NCBI GenBank assembly: GCA_022508825.1
Contig: JAFLUI010000002.1
Location: 14,140-78,139, forward strand
Source: Oscillospiraceae bacterium
GTDB lineage: Bacteria > Bacillota > Clostridia > Oscillospirales > Ruminococcaceae
Length of the DNA stretch: 64,000 bases
Direction of reading: 5' to 3'
The notes beneath the pieces are model-generated. The model worked only from the letters and a program-made list of their open reading frames with translations. It was not told where the DNA came from and searched no databases. This document shows positions 43,814 to 53,202 of this stretch, piece after piece. A program made the position numbers and the translations under genes. Position 1 is the first letter of the stretch; each line of letters opens with the position of its first letter.

Positions 43814-45175
43814 ATGGGAAATCACGATATGTCCCAATATGAAAAAATGACGAAGACCCCCATGCTTCCGCTTCTGATACGGCTGTCCATACCGACCATC
43901 ATAAGTATGCTCATAACCAATGTTTACAATCTGGTGGATACAGCATTTGTGGGACAGCTTGGCAACAGCGCCAGCGGAGCTGTGGGAGTGGTGTTCGGAT
44001 TTATGTCTATAATCCAGGCAGTGGGGTTTATGTTCGGTCAGGGCTCCGGCAGCATCATATCCAGAGCATTAGGCAATCAGGATACAGATAATGCAAGCAC
44101 AACAGCCTCCACAGGATTTTTCGGCGTTTTGTTTTTCGGAGCAGTCATTTCGGTCTGCGGATTTTTGTTTTTAGACCCCCTTGTAAAATTTCTCGGAAGC
44201 ACAGACACCATCGCTCCCTATGCCAAGACCTATATATCCTATATCCTCGCGGCAGCGCCTTTTATGACAGCAACCTTTTTTCTGAATAATGTCCTCCGTT
44301 ACGAGGGCAAGGCAATGCTTGGCATGATAGGCATGATGATAGGCGCAGTGCTGAATATCGGCGGGGACGCCCTTTTCATGTTCGGTCTTGATATGGGGAT
44401 AGCAGGGGCAGGTTTGTCAACAGCACTCAGTCAGACCATAGGCTTCATGATACTTCTCAGTATGTTTTTCAGGGGGAAAACACAAAGCAAAATTTCCATC
44501 CGGAATGCGTCTTTTTCAATTTTTCTGGTACTGAATATCATGGCGACGGGATTTCCCAGCCTTTTGCGTCAGGGATTGAACAGCATTACCACCATGCTTT
44601 TGAACAGTCAGTCCTCAGTATACGGAGACGAAGCGGTAGCGGCAATGAGCATCGTGTCAAGGATAGCATTTTTCATGACCTCGGTGGCGCTTGGCATAGG
44701 ACAGGGATTTCAGCCCATCAGCGGATTCAACTACGGCGCAAAAAAATATACCCGTCTGAGACAGGCATACCGTCTTACCTTTATTCTTTCGGAAGGAGTT
44801 ATGATATTAGCAGCAGCTTTTGTTCTGATATATTCAAATGACCTGATAGGGATATTCCGTGATGATGAAACTGTAATAGAGATCGGGACACGGGCATTGC
44901 AGCTCCAGTGCATCGCTATGGTCTTTTTACCTTTGGGAATGGTGACGGAAATGCTGTTCCAGAGCACAGGCAAACGGTTCGGAGCCGCTGTTCTTTCCTC
45001 CCTGAGAAACGGATTGTTTTTTATCCCCGCACTGCTTATCCTGCCGGGGCTCAGGGGTCTGTACGGGATACAGGAGGCTCAGCCTGCAGCTTTTCTGCTT
45101 GCGTTCATACCTGCCTTATTCTTTATGCTGTCCTTTTTCAGGAAGCTGCCGAAGGATGAAGAAAGCGGCGGATAG
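43814..45175 (+). CDS. MATE family efflux transporter
   Basis: 453 aa with about 12 TM helices. The N-terminal pattern LLIRLSIPTIISMLITNVYNLVDTAFVG is typical of MATE/NorM proteins. Confidence 0.85.
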   Translation: MGNHDMSQYEKMTKTPMLPLLIRLSIPTIISMLITNVYNLVDTAFVGQLGNSASGAVGVVFGFMSIIQAVGFMFGQGSGSIISRALGNQDTDNASTTASTGFFGVLFFGAVISVCGFLFLDPLVKFLGSTDTIAPYAKTYISYILAAAPFMTATFFLNNVLRYEGKAMLGMIGMMIGAVLNIGGDALFMFGLDMGIAGAGLSTALSQTIGFMILLSMFFRGKTQSKISIRNASFSIFLVLNIMATGFPSLLRQGLNSITTMLLNSQSSVYGDEAVAAMSIVSRIAFFMTSVALGIGQGFQPISGFNYGAKKYTRLRQAYRLTFILSEGVMILAAAFVLIYSNDLIGIFRDDETVIEIGTRALQLQCIAMVFLPLGMVTEMLFQSTGKRFGAAVLSSLRNGLFFIPALLILPGLRGLYGIQEAQPAAFLLAFIPALFFMLSFFRKLPKDEESGG

Positions 45176-45201
45176 CTGATATATTTTTTTGTGGAAAAAT
45201 C

Positions 45202-45230
45202 TTGACATAATTATTAAAAAATGATATAAT
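45202..45230 (+). promoter_or_regulatory. SigA-type promoter upstream of the cotH-like gene
   Basis: TTGACA (45202-07), a 17-nt spacer, then TG-n-TATAAT (45225-30). Confidence 0.5.
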
Positions 45231-45288
45231 GTCTGTACAAATGAAAATCACAGCTTAGTTGTCAAAAAATGGTTTGGAGGAATTTTTT

Positions 45289-46767
45289 ATGAAAAAGTTT
45301 TTGTCCCTGCTGCTGGCGGCAGCTATGTCCACTGTATTATTAGGTGCGGAAATGACAGTAACTGCGGCGACTATACAGCCTGCAAAGGCTGAACAGGTGG
45401 TAAACAAGACCCCTGCAACATACAAAACATTAGGGGTAAGCAAGTCTGATAAGAATGCATTCAAGACAAAGGTCTCCAAGGACGTCAAGCTTCCGATAAT
45501 CAATATCACTACGAAAAATAATAAGACGGCTGTAACTTCACGCGAAAAATACGTTTCCTGTGTGGTAGATGTGTTCAACTGTGCGAAGTCACAGACCATC
45601 AGTGAGGCATCTGCAGGAGTAAAGGTGCGCGGAAATTCAAGCGCTTATAACGGCGAGGTGAAAGAGATACTCAGCAATCCTGTGCCATACAGGATCAAGT
45701 TTGATTCAAAGACAAATATGCTGGGGCTGAACAACGGCGCAAAATGCAAAAGCTGGGTACTTCTGAAATCCGACTGGGATCTGATAAGAAACGATATAGC
45801 CCTCCGTTTCGGCAGAGCTATAATAGGCGATAACGCTTTCTGCAGCGATGCTCAGTTCGTGCATCTGTATGTAAACGACAAATTCCAGGGTATATATCTG
45901 CTTTGCGAGCAGTCCCAGGTAAATAAAAACAGGGTGAACATCACCGAGCCCAAGAAGGGATATAAAGGCACTGATATCGGCTACTACCTTGCTATCGACA
46001 ATTACGCTACAGAAAAAAATGAAAATTATGTTACTGTTGACTACGGCAAATACAAGGTAAAGGATATAAGGGGTACATCAAGAGCATTTGTGCCTGCGGA
46101 GTATTCGATAAAAAGTGATGTGTACTCGCAGGAGCAGGCAGATTTCATCGAAAAATATATAAACAATCTGTTTGAAATAGTATATAAGGCGTGTGAAAAG
46201 GGAGAGTATCTTACCTTTGACAAGAATTATGACCTTGTAAAAAGCAAGTATAAAAACGCCAAGGATACCATAAGCGCAGTTATGGACGTGCAGTCGGTAG
46301 TGGATATGTACCTGCTGTATGAGATCGTACATGACTATGACTGCGGTGAGGGAAGCTTCTATATGTGCATCGACTTTGCAAAGGACAGCAAGTGTCCCAA
46401 GCTGCAGTTTACATCGCCCTGGGATTTCAACTGGGCATACTATGACAGCACAAACAGATACTGGGCAGCAGCATTCAGCGAGAAAAGCTTTGTGCAGGAA
46501 TACGGCGACCGTTCAAATCCCTGGTTCATCGTGCTGATGAAGCAGGACTGGTTTGCAGATATGGCAAAGCAGAAGTGGACAAAGCTGTACAATGCGGGTG
46601 CTATTCAGGGATGTATTGACGAAGAGGTCGCTATCCTTGAGGAGTACAAGAAGGATCTGAACAAGACCGATGCAAACGCAACAGACTGCTCATATTATCT
46701 GCTTGAATGGATAAACGACAGAATCAAATGGATGAATAAGACATTTGTTACAAAGAAAAAAGGCTAA
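45289..46767 (+). CDS. cotH: CotH kinase family protein (secreted/lipid-anchored form)
   Basis: Signal peptide MKKFLSLLLAAAMS. CotH-like motifs VKVRGNSS and FVHLYVNDKFQGIYLLCEQ. Confidence 0.7.
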   Translation: MKKFLSLLLAAAMSTVLLGAEMTVTAATIQPAKAEQVVNKTPATYKTLGVSKSDKNAFKTKVSKDVKLPIINITTKNNKTAVTSREKYVSCVVDVFNCAKSQTISEASAGVKVRGNSSAYNGEVKEILSNPVPYRIKFDSKTNMLGLNNGAKCKSWVLLKSDWDLIRNDIALRFGRAIIGDNAFCSDAQFVHLYVNDKFQGIYLLCEQSQVNKNRVNITEPKKGYKGTDIGYYLAIDNYATEKNENYVTVDYGKYKVKDIRGTSRAFVPAEYSIKSDVYSQEQADFIEKYINNLFEIVYKACEKGEYLTFDKNYDLVKSKYKNAKDTISAVMDVQSVVDMYLLYEIVHDYDCGEGSFYMCIDFAKDSKCPKLQFTSPWDFNWAYYDSTNRYWAAAFSEKSFVQEYGDRSNPWFIVLMKQDWFADMAKQKWTKLYNAGAIQGCIDEEVAILEEYKKDLNKTDANATDCSYYLLEWINDRIKWMNKTFVTKKKG

Positions 46768-46810
46768 AAAATATCCGTGGGTGTCTTTGCAGACGCTCAC
46801 GGATTTTTTA
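46766..46810. terminator. Bidirectional hairpin terminator
   Basis: AAAAAATATCCGTGGGTGTCT...AGACGCTCACGGATTTTTT between convergent genes. Confidence 0.65.
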
Positions 46811-46821
46811 GTTAATGGATA

Positions 46822-48768
46822 TTACTTTAGCTCTTTCAGCGTATAGGTGATCTTTTTTGTACCCCCCGCCTGTTCTCCGCTCTGGACCATCTGTCCTGTT
46901 TTCTTGTCGTACCAGTAAAGTCCTTTCCAAGCCCATGAGAACACGGTAAGCACAAAGCTTATTTTTACGCAGTCACAGGAGACGCCGTTTACGGTGACTG
47001 TTTCCTCCCCCTCTTTCTTTGCGGCAAATTCACCAAGACCCATTGCTCCCCGGTTGTCTCCCGTGCCTATTGAATAGAACACGATCTCCTTTTCGGAGGA
47101 TGCGATAAACGCAGGCATTGCCATGTCCATCATCTGGTACCAGAGTCCGTCGCTGATCTTGAAGGTCTTGTCCTGAGCCTTGCCTTTAAAGGTACCCGTC
47201 ATGTGGATATAGCCGTCCTGCTTTTCGGCGGTGATATCCGTATTGTCCGAGGGTCTGCTGTAATGCCATTTCATTGCCGACAGGCTGGAGTCCACGGTGT
47301 ACTCATCCCTTGCCCACTCAGAACCGTCCCGGTATGTTATCCGGACTATCTGCTGCTTGTCTGCGTAGTCGGAGACGATGACCTCCTGCTCCTCCTTGCC
47401 GTCCGTCCTTTCGTATCTCATTGCCGATACTCCCTCGGGATAGGTGTAGGCGGGGATGTCGTAGGACTGGATAACATTCTGTGAAAATACCAGCTTTCCT
47501 TTCAGGAACACCTTGTCGATGAACTGCATATTTGCAATATTTTTTGCAGGATCCTCATCAAGCAGGATAAGGTCGGCTTCCATTCCGCTGCGCACAAGAC
47601 CCTTTCTGTACGAAATGCCCAGATGCTCGGCTCCGTTCTTTGTGGCAAGGACTATCGCTTCCATGGGAGTGAGACCCGCTTCTACATAATAGGCAAGCTC
47701 CCTGTGCTCAACGTCTCCGCCCATCATCTCAAACATATTGTCAGTGCCCATTGCGATTGGTATGCCTGCGTCGTACAGTATTTTCAGATTATGCAGACTG
47801 TTTGGAAGTCTGGTGGGCTCCTTTTCATAGGTCATTGCATTGACGGTGGGGACGAAACGGGCTCCGCTGTCCTTCCACAGCTTTATGATCGGGTCGTCCG
47901 GGTCAAGCTTTGTATCAAGGACGCCGTGCTCAATGCCGTAGATACCTGCTTCAAGAAGCTCCTGCACGTCCTCCTTGTAAAAAACATGGGCGGTGGTCTT
48001 AAGACCCTTTTCCCTGCCCTCGCTGATGATCTGCTGCATAAGTGACTTGTCCAGCCTGTTGATATGGAGCTTTTCATCGAAATACCAGTAGTCTCCGCCC
48101 TGATAGGTGAATTTCAGGAAATCGGAGCCTGCCTGCTTCAGCCTGTCGATACCTTCGCTGACCTGCTCGGGAGTGGCGACCTCTATCGCCATCTCCCTGC
48201 GTATCCATGGATTGTCCTTTCCCAGAGTGTTCGCCGGGTGTCCGTCCGGAGCGGTGAAGTTGGGTCCTGTCACAAGAAGCTCGGGACCGGTTATCTTACC
48301 CTTCCTTATCTCGTCTCTCAGCTTATAGATAAAATGCTCGGGAGCGCAGAGATCCTTTACGGTGGTGATGCCGTATGGCAGTATCCTTTCTTTGAAGATA
48401 CCCGGCATGGTGCCGTACAGAAAAGCATCGCTGTCCTTGTCGCTGCGGTTGTTCAGTCCCTGAATGTGGACGTGGCAGTCTATCAGTCCCGGCATGAGCG
48501 TTTTGTCAGTTCCGTCAATGATCTGAGCTGTCTTTGTGTCAAGCTCGCCTTGAGATATCTCCTTTATAATGCCGTCCTTTACATACACATTCTGACGGAA
48601 CAGCTCGGTGCCGTCTCCCACGATGATATGTACGTCTTTGATGATATACTCGTTTTTATTCTTTCTTTTGGGTCTTACAAGATACTTTACAAGAAAAAAG
48701 CCCCCCACCGCTGCGCCGATCATCATCTGTATCCATCCGTGGAGCGGTATCCCTAAAAATGTCGGCAT
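46822..48768 (-). CDS. Membrane-anchored amidohydrolase-family protein with extra C-terminal domain
   Basis: N-terminal TM helix and the metal-binding motif GLIDCHVHIQG. 648 aa. The C-terminal ~220 aa are unassigned. Confidence 0.7.
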   Translation of the reverse strand: MPTFLGIPLHGWIQMMIGAAVGGFFLVKYLVRPKRKNKNEYIIKDVHIIVGDGTELFRQNVYVKDGIIKEISQGELDTKTAQIIDGTDKTLMPGLIDCHVHIQGLNNRSDKDSDAFLYGTMPGIFKERILPYGITTVKDLCAPEHFIYKLRDEIRKGKITGPELLVTGPNFTAPDGHPANTLGKDNPWIRREMAIEVATPEQVSEGIDRLKQAGSDFLKFTYQGGDYWYFDEKLHINRLDKSLMQQIISEGREKGLKTTAHVFYKEDVQELLEAGIYGIEHGVLDTKLDPDDPIIKLWKDSGARFVPTVNAMTYEKEPTRLPNSLHNLKILYDAGIPIAMGTDNMFEMMGGDVEHRELAYYVEAGLTPMEAIVLATKNGAEHLGISYRKGLVRSGMEADLILLDEDPAKNIANMQFIDKVFLKGKLVFSQNVIQSYDIPAYTYPEGVSAMRYERTDGKEEQEVIVSDYADKQQIVRITYRDGSEWARDEYTVDSSLSAMKWHYSRPSDNTDITAEKQDGYIHMTGTFKGKAQDKTFKISDGLWYQMMDMAMPAFIASSEKEIVFYSIGTGDNRGAMGLGEFAAKKEGEETVTVNGVSCDCVKISFVLTVFSWAWKGLYWYDKKTGQMVQSGEQAGGTKKITYTLKELK

Positions 48769-48770
48769 AA

Positions 48771-48983
48771 TTATTCCCCCTTGCTGCTGCCGAATATCTT
48801 ACTGAAATATTCGTTGAACGTATTCTTGGGCGGGATCGCCATACCGCGCTTCACATCGGCAAGTATTATCAGGTTATCGCCGGGTTCAATGCCGAAAACC
48901 TCTCTTGCTTCCTTGGGTATTACGATCTGTCCTTTTGTCCCTACGGTGACTGTCCATGCATATTTGCCTCCCGGTTTTTTCAT
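48771..48983 (-). CDS. AbrB/MazE/SpoVT-family DNA-binding protein
   Basis: SpoVT-AbrB swapped-hairpin motif TVGTKGQIVIPKEAREVFGIEPGDNL. Its stop abuts the start of the amidohydrolase gene. Confidence 0.7.
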   Translation of the reverse strand: MKKPGGKYAWTVTVGTKGQIVIPKEAREVFGIEPGDNLIILADVKRGMAIPPKNTFNEYFSKIFGSSKGE

Positions 48984-49100
48984 AAACACTCTCCTTTTAC
49001 AAATCATACTTTTCATACTTATTATACATTGCTGACAGGATATTGTCAATACTTTATTTCTTTTTTACGTGACAATTATATTAAAATCATGGGGAAACTG

Positions 49101-49129
49101 TTGCAAAATATTGCGTATTATGGTATAAT
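49101..49129 (+). promoter_or_regulatory. SigA-type promoter of the hybrid kinase gene
   Basis: TTGCAA (49101-06), a 17-nt spacer, then TG-n-TATAAT (49124-29). Confidence 0.5.
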
Positions 49130-49163
49130 TGTATAATAATACTGTGATCTGGCGGAGGGGAAT

Positions 49164-52100
49164 ATGAAAAGATTCAAGCTAAGTACAAAGGCTTCTCATA
49201 TATTTGTTGCTATAGTAACGGTCGGTCTGATCGCTATTATGCTGCTGAATATATCTCTTATGTATAAGGTCGCTTCGGTGCAGACAGAAGAGATCGGAAG
49301 AATGAGGATACAGAATATTTCTGCAGGTCTGCAGAAATCCCTGACCCGCGCAGAAAACACCATCGAAAGAGTTTCCAAAGAGCTTGATGAAATGCTAGCA
49401 GACGGCGCTGATGAAGAGGAGGTACGTGAGTTCCTGTCCAACCAGCGCAGGCGTGAAAATGTTATCGCAGGCGGCATATGCATAAATGTATTCTGCGTTG
49501 TGGAAGGCAATGTGCTGATATCGGATATGGAAACTCCGGAGGACTATGTTCTTCAGGACAGAATGTGGTACCGTTATTTTCTTGCCAATCAGGACAAGGA
49601 TATATACATATCTCCTACATATAAGGACGCGTTTACAGACAGTATGTGCTTCTCTGTAGTAACTCTTCTTTCAGACGGCAGGACTATACTCGTGGTGGAC
49701 TACAGCGTGGCAGAGATACAGTCATATATAGATGCAATGAAAAGCGATGGATACGGAGATGCCATCATCGTCGATGAAAACGAAACTATAGTAGGCTATA
49801 CCGATCCTGAAATGATAGGTCAGAAGCTTGCTTCCAGTCTGCCTCAGTACAGGGACGTATTTCTCAGAGCCCTGGCTATGGACGGGGAAAGCTCGTCTAT
49901 GGAGACGGAGATAGGCGGCATGGACAATACCATCTTCTGCAGCCGCACGGAAAACGGCTGGTATATGATGTGCAGCGTCAGCAATTGGTCCCTTTACAGA
50001 GACATCTATGTGCAGCTCCTGTGGAATTTCGGATTATCTTTGCTTCTCGTGCTTGCGGTGGCACTTATCAGTATACTGAGTATCCAGCATAGAAAGCGTG
50101 CGGAAGCGGATTCCCATGCGGTAGGAAAATATTTTTCCGTTGTCAAGGAAAGTCTGGACAAGCTCAGACACCGCCTGAAAGAAACGGCAGGGGAAAATGC
50201 TTCGGAAAATACAGACAGCATACGGGATATCGATTCCGAACTGCTGAACATCATAAAAAGTCTGCAGGATATCCAGAAGCCGCAGAAAACCGTAAAAAAA
50301 GAAACAAAGATAAGCAAAAGGATCAGCAGCAGGGGCGTGCTTATCACCGAGGAGACCCAGCGTGTATATCGGGTGGTCATAACCCTGATATTTGTTGCTA
50401 CAATGATAATCGCCATATCCGTCAGCACATTCATGACTACAAGCGAAAGCCATGCCAAGATGGAAGGTGAGCTTAACAGCTATAACCACAGGATAGGAAA
50501 CTGGGTGCTGGAGCAGCAGAGCATACTGGATATGTTTGAAAATGTTATTGCTGCAAAGCCTGATCTTCTTGACGATTATGACAAAATGGTAAAATTCCTG
50601 GACGACATCACAAGAGGGTATCCTAAAATTTCTGCCACATATATCGCTAATCCCGATTTTCCCCACGGTCACCCCATGGTGATGAACAACGGCTGGGTTC
50701 CCGAGCCTGACTATGTGGAGGAGGAAAGACCCTGGTATATAGGCGCGCTGACAGCTGACAGCTTCAACCTCACCGAGCCCTATTACGACGCCAGAACGGG
50801 AGAATACTGCATAACCTTTTCAAAGGTGGTGCAGTCGGACGCAGGAGATTTTTACGGTGTGTTTGCCATCGACTTCTACATGGACGTGCTGTATGATATC
50901 CTTGGCGAAAGCTATTCGGAAAGCGGATATGCATTCCTGGTGGACAAAAACGGCATCATTATAGACCATCCTAATCCCGAATATCATTTTTCGGACAATG
51001 CGGATGAAATGGTCAATATCCACGACCTTGTCTATGATAAGCTGTACAGCCAGTCGGGAACGGTGATCCTTAAGGATTACGACGGACGGTATAAGGTGTG
51101 CGCTTCCATAGACGAGACCGCTTCAGGCTTCAGACTTTTTGTGGTCAAGGACTGGTGGCGCATCTACGGAAATGTTTTTGAGTATGTGCTCCTTTACACG
51201 ATAATTTTCGGAGTCTGCATAACAGCTGTAAATACTGTTATCCACAGAATGACAGAGTGGCAGCGCTATGCAAACAAAAGCCTCAAGGAGGCTGCCGAGT
51301 CTGCCATAAAGGCTGAGCAGGTAAAATCCATGTTCCTTTCAAATATGTCACACGAGATCAGGACGCCTATCAATGCTGTTCTCGGTATGAACGAAATGAT
51401 ACTGAGGGAATGTCGGGACGAAAAGCTTCTCGGATATGCGGAAAATATCAGGACATCGGGAAAAACTCTCCTTTTCCTTATAAACGATATCCTTGATATG
51501 CAGAAGATAGAGTCGGGAAAGATGAATATTGTGCCGGTGGAATATGAGACGGCTTCTCTTGTCACCGATCTGTGGAACATGACATATATCCGGGCAAAGG
51601 AAAAGAATCTGGCGGTCAGGTTCATTCTTGACGAGAATATGCCCTCTGTCCTTTTCGGCGACGATGTAAGGATAAAGCAGATAGCAGTCAATCTTCTGAC
51701 AAATGCCGTGAAGTACACTCCCGAGGGCAGTGTTGAAATGCATATGTCCTCCTTAAAAACAGAGGACGGGGACTTCATAATGAAGATCGCCGTGCAGGAT
51801 ACGGGTCTTGGTATCAAGGAAGAGGATATGGAAAATCTGTTCAAGAGCTTCCAGCGACTTGACGAGGAGAAAAACCGCAACATTGAGGGTGCAGGTCTGG
51901 GAATGAGCATCACCATGTCGCTGCTTAAGCTTATGGACGGCGATATGAAGGTGGAAAGCGAGTACAGGAAGGGCTCCACATTTACAGTGACTATCCCTCA
52001 GAAGGTGGTAAATGACGAGCCTACAGGGGATTTTGAAAGCGTAAAGAACAGGCATATAAAGCATCAGGAAAATGCAGGAAAGATATTTGAAGCTCCTAAG

Positions 52101-53201
52101 GCGAATGTATTGGTGGTAGATGACAACGCTATGAATCTGGAGGTGTTCAAGGCGCTTCTGGGCCGCACAAAGGTGAATGTGGATACGGCAGATTCGGGAA
52201 AGAAATGTCTGGAGCTTATCAAAAAGCAGAATTACCATATTATTTTCATGGATCATATGATGCCTGAAATGGACGGCATCGAGACCCTTCATGAGATAAA
52301 GAAGCTCCATGGCTGGCCAAATGCGGATACTCCTGTCGTTGCTCTGACGGCGAATGCTATCTCGGGAGTACGGGAAATGTATATTAAGGAGGGCTTTAAC
52401 GACTACCTCACCAAGCCCATAGACGGCGAGCTGCTTGAACAGATGGTTGTAAAGTATCTGCCCGAGGAGCTGGTGACATATGCGGACAGTCAGAAGCAGG
52501 AGAGCGGTCAGGCGGAAAAGGAACAGCCGCCGCAGTCTGTTTCGGAAGAAGCTCCGGAGCACGAAACATATCTTGAATACGGCATATCCGTAAAGCAGGG
52601 ACTGGGTTATTCTGCAGGAGATATGGAGCTTTATCTTGACCTTGTGGGTATGTTTGTAAAGGACAGGGATAAGCGTCAGAAGCTTGAACAGTATCTTGCA
52701 GACGTAAACATGAAGGATTATTCCACTATAGTCCACGCTCTTAAGGGAAATGCAAAGACCCTTGGAGCATCGGGACTTTCGGAGATAGCCTTTGAGCACG
52801 AAAAAGCCTCCAAGGACGGCGACGCAGAGTTCGTAAAGGCTCACTGGGATGAGCTGCTTGACAGCTGGAACAAAGTCCGGGAGGGCTTGGCAAAAATGTA
52901 TCTTGATCTCAGGGGAGAGGATCTTTCCGAGTATAACAGTCCTGCAGACAGCGGAGATGCGGAAGGGTCAGAGGGTGCAGAGGAAGCGTCAGATAGTACA
53001 TTTGCCGTAACACAGAAAGAGCTTTCAAAAGTCGCTGACCTGATAGATGATTTTGAAAGCATAAAAGCTGCCGAACAGCTAAAAATATGGCTTGAAAAGC
53101 CTTTGGAGCAGGAAATGCATGACCGCATAGAAAAGGCGCTCACTGCGCTTAAGGAAGTGAGTGAGGACGAGGCGATGAAGATCCTGAGAGGGGGAAAATA
53201 A
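49164..53201 (+). CDS. Hybrid sensor histidine kinase/response regulator (two TM-flanked Cache-like sensor regions, HisKA, HATPase, REC, HPt)
   Basis: H-box SHEIRTPIN, N/G boxes in the HATPase domain, REC domain VLVVDDNAMN...DHMMPEMDG, and an HPt domain with HALKGNAKTLGA. Confidence 0.9.
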   Translation: MKRFKLSTKASHIFVAIVTVGLIAIMLLNISLMYKVASVQTEEIGRMRIQNISAGLQKSLTRAENTIERVSKELDEMLADGADEEEVREFLSNQRRRENVIAGGICINVFCVVEGNVLISDMETPEDYVLQDRMWYRYFLANQDKDIYISPTYKDAFTDSMCFSVVTLLSDGRTILVVDYSVAEIQSYIDAMKSDGYGDAIIVDENETIVGYTDPEMIGQKLASSLPQYRDVFLRALAMDGESSSMETEIGGMDNTIFCSRTENGWYMMCSVSNWSLYRDIYVQLLWNFGLSLLLVLAVALISILSIQHRKRAEADSHAVGKYFSVVKESLDKLRHRLKETAGENASENTDSIRDIDSELLNIIKSLQDIQKPQKTVKKETKISKRISSRGVLITEETQRVYRVVITLIFVATMIIAISVSTFMTTSESHAKMEGELNSYNHRIGNWVLEQQSILDMFENVIAAKPDLLDDYDKMVKFLDDITRGYPKISATYIANPDFPHGHPMVMNNGWVPEPDYVEEERPWYIGALTADSFNLTEPYYDARTGEYCITFSKVVQSDAGDFYGVFAIDFYMDVLYDILGESYSESGYAFLVDKNGIIIDHPNPEYHFSDNADEMVNIHDLVYDKLYSQSGTVILKDYDGRYKVCASIDETASGFRLFVVKDWWRIYGNVFEYVLLYTIIFGVCITAVNTVIHRMTEWQRYANKSLKEAAESAIKAEQVKSMFLSNMSHEIRTPINAVLGMNEMILRECRDEKLLGYAENIRTSGKTLLFLINDILDMQKIESGKMNIVPVEYETASLVTDLWNMTYIRAKEKNLAVRFILDENMPSVLFGDDVRIKQIAVNLLTNAVKYTPEGSVEMHMSSLKTEDGDFIMKIAVQDTGLGIKEEDMENLFKSFQRLDEEKNRNIEGAGLGMSITMSLLKLMDGDMKVESEYRKGSTFTVTIPQKVVNDEPTGDFESVKNRHIKHQENAGKIFEAPKANVLVVDDNAMNLEVFKALLGRTKVNVDTADSGKKCLELIKKQNYHIIFMDHMMPEMDGIETLHEIKKLHGWPNADTPVVALTANAISGVREMYIKEGFNDYLTKPIDGELLEQMVVKYLPEELVTYADSQKQESGQAEKEQPPQSVSEEAPEHETYLEYGISVKQGLGYSAGDMELYLDLVGMFVKDRDKRQKLEQYLADVNMKDYSTIVHALKGNAKTLGASGLSEIAFEHEKASKDGDAEFVKAHWDELLDSWNKVREGLAKMYLDLRGEDLSEYNSPADSGDAEGSEGAEEASDSTFAVTQKELSKVADLIDDFESIKAAEQLKIWLEKPLEQEMHDRIEKALTALKEVSEDEAMKILRGGK

Positions 53202-53202
53202 A

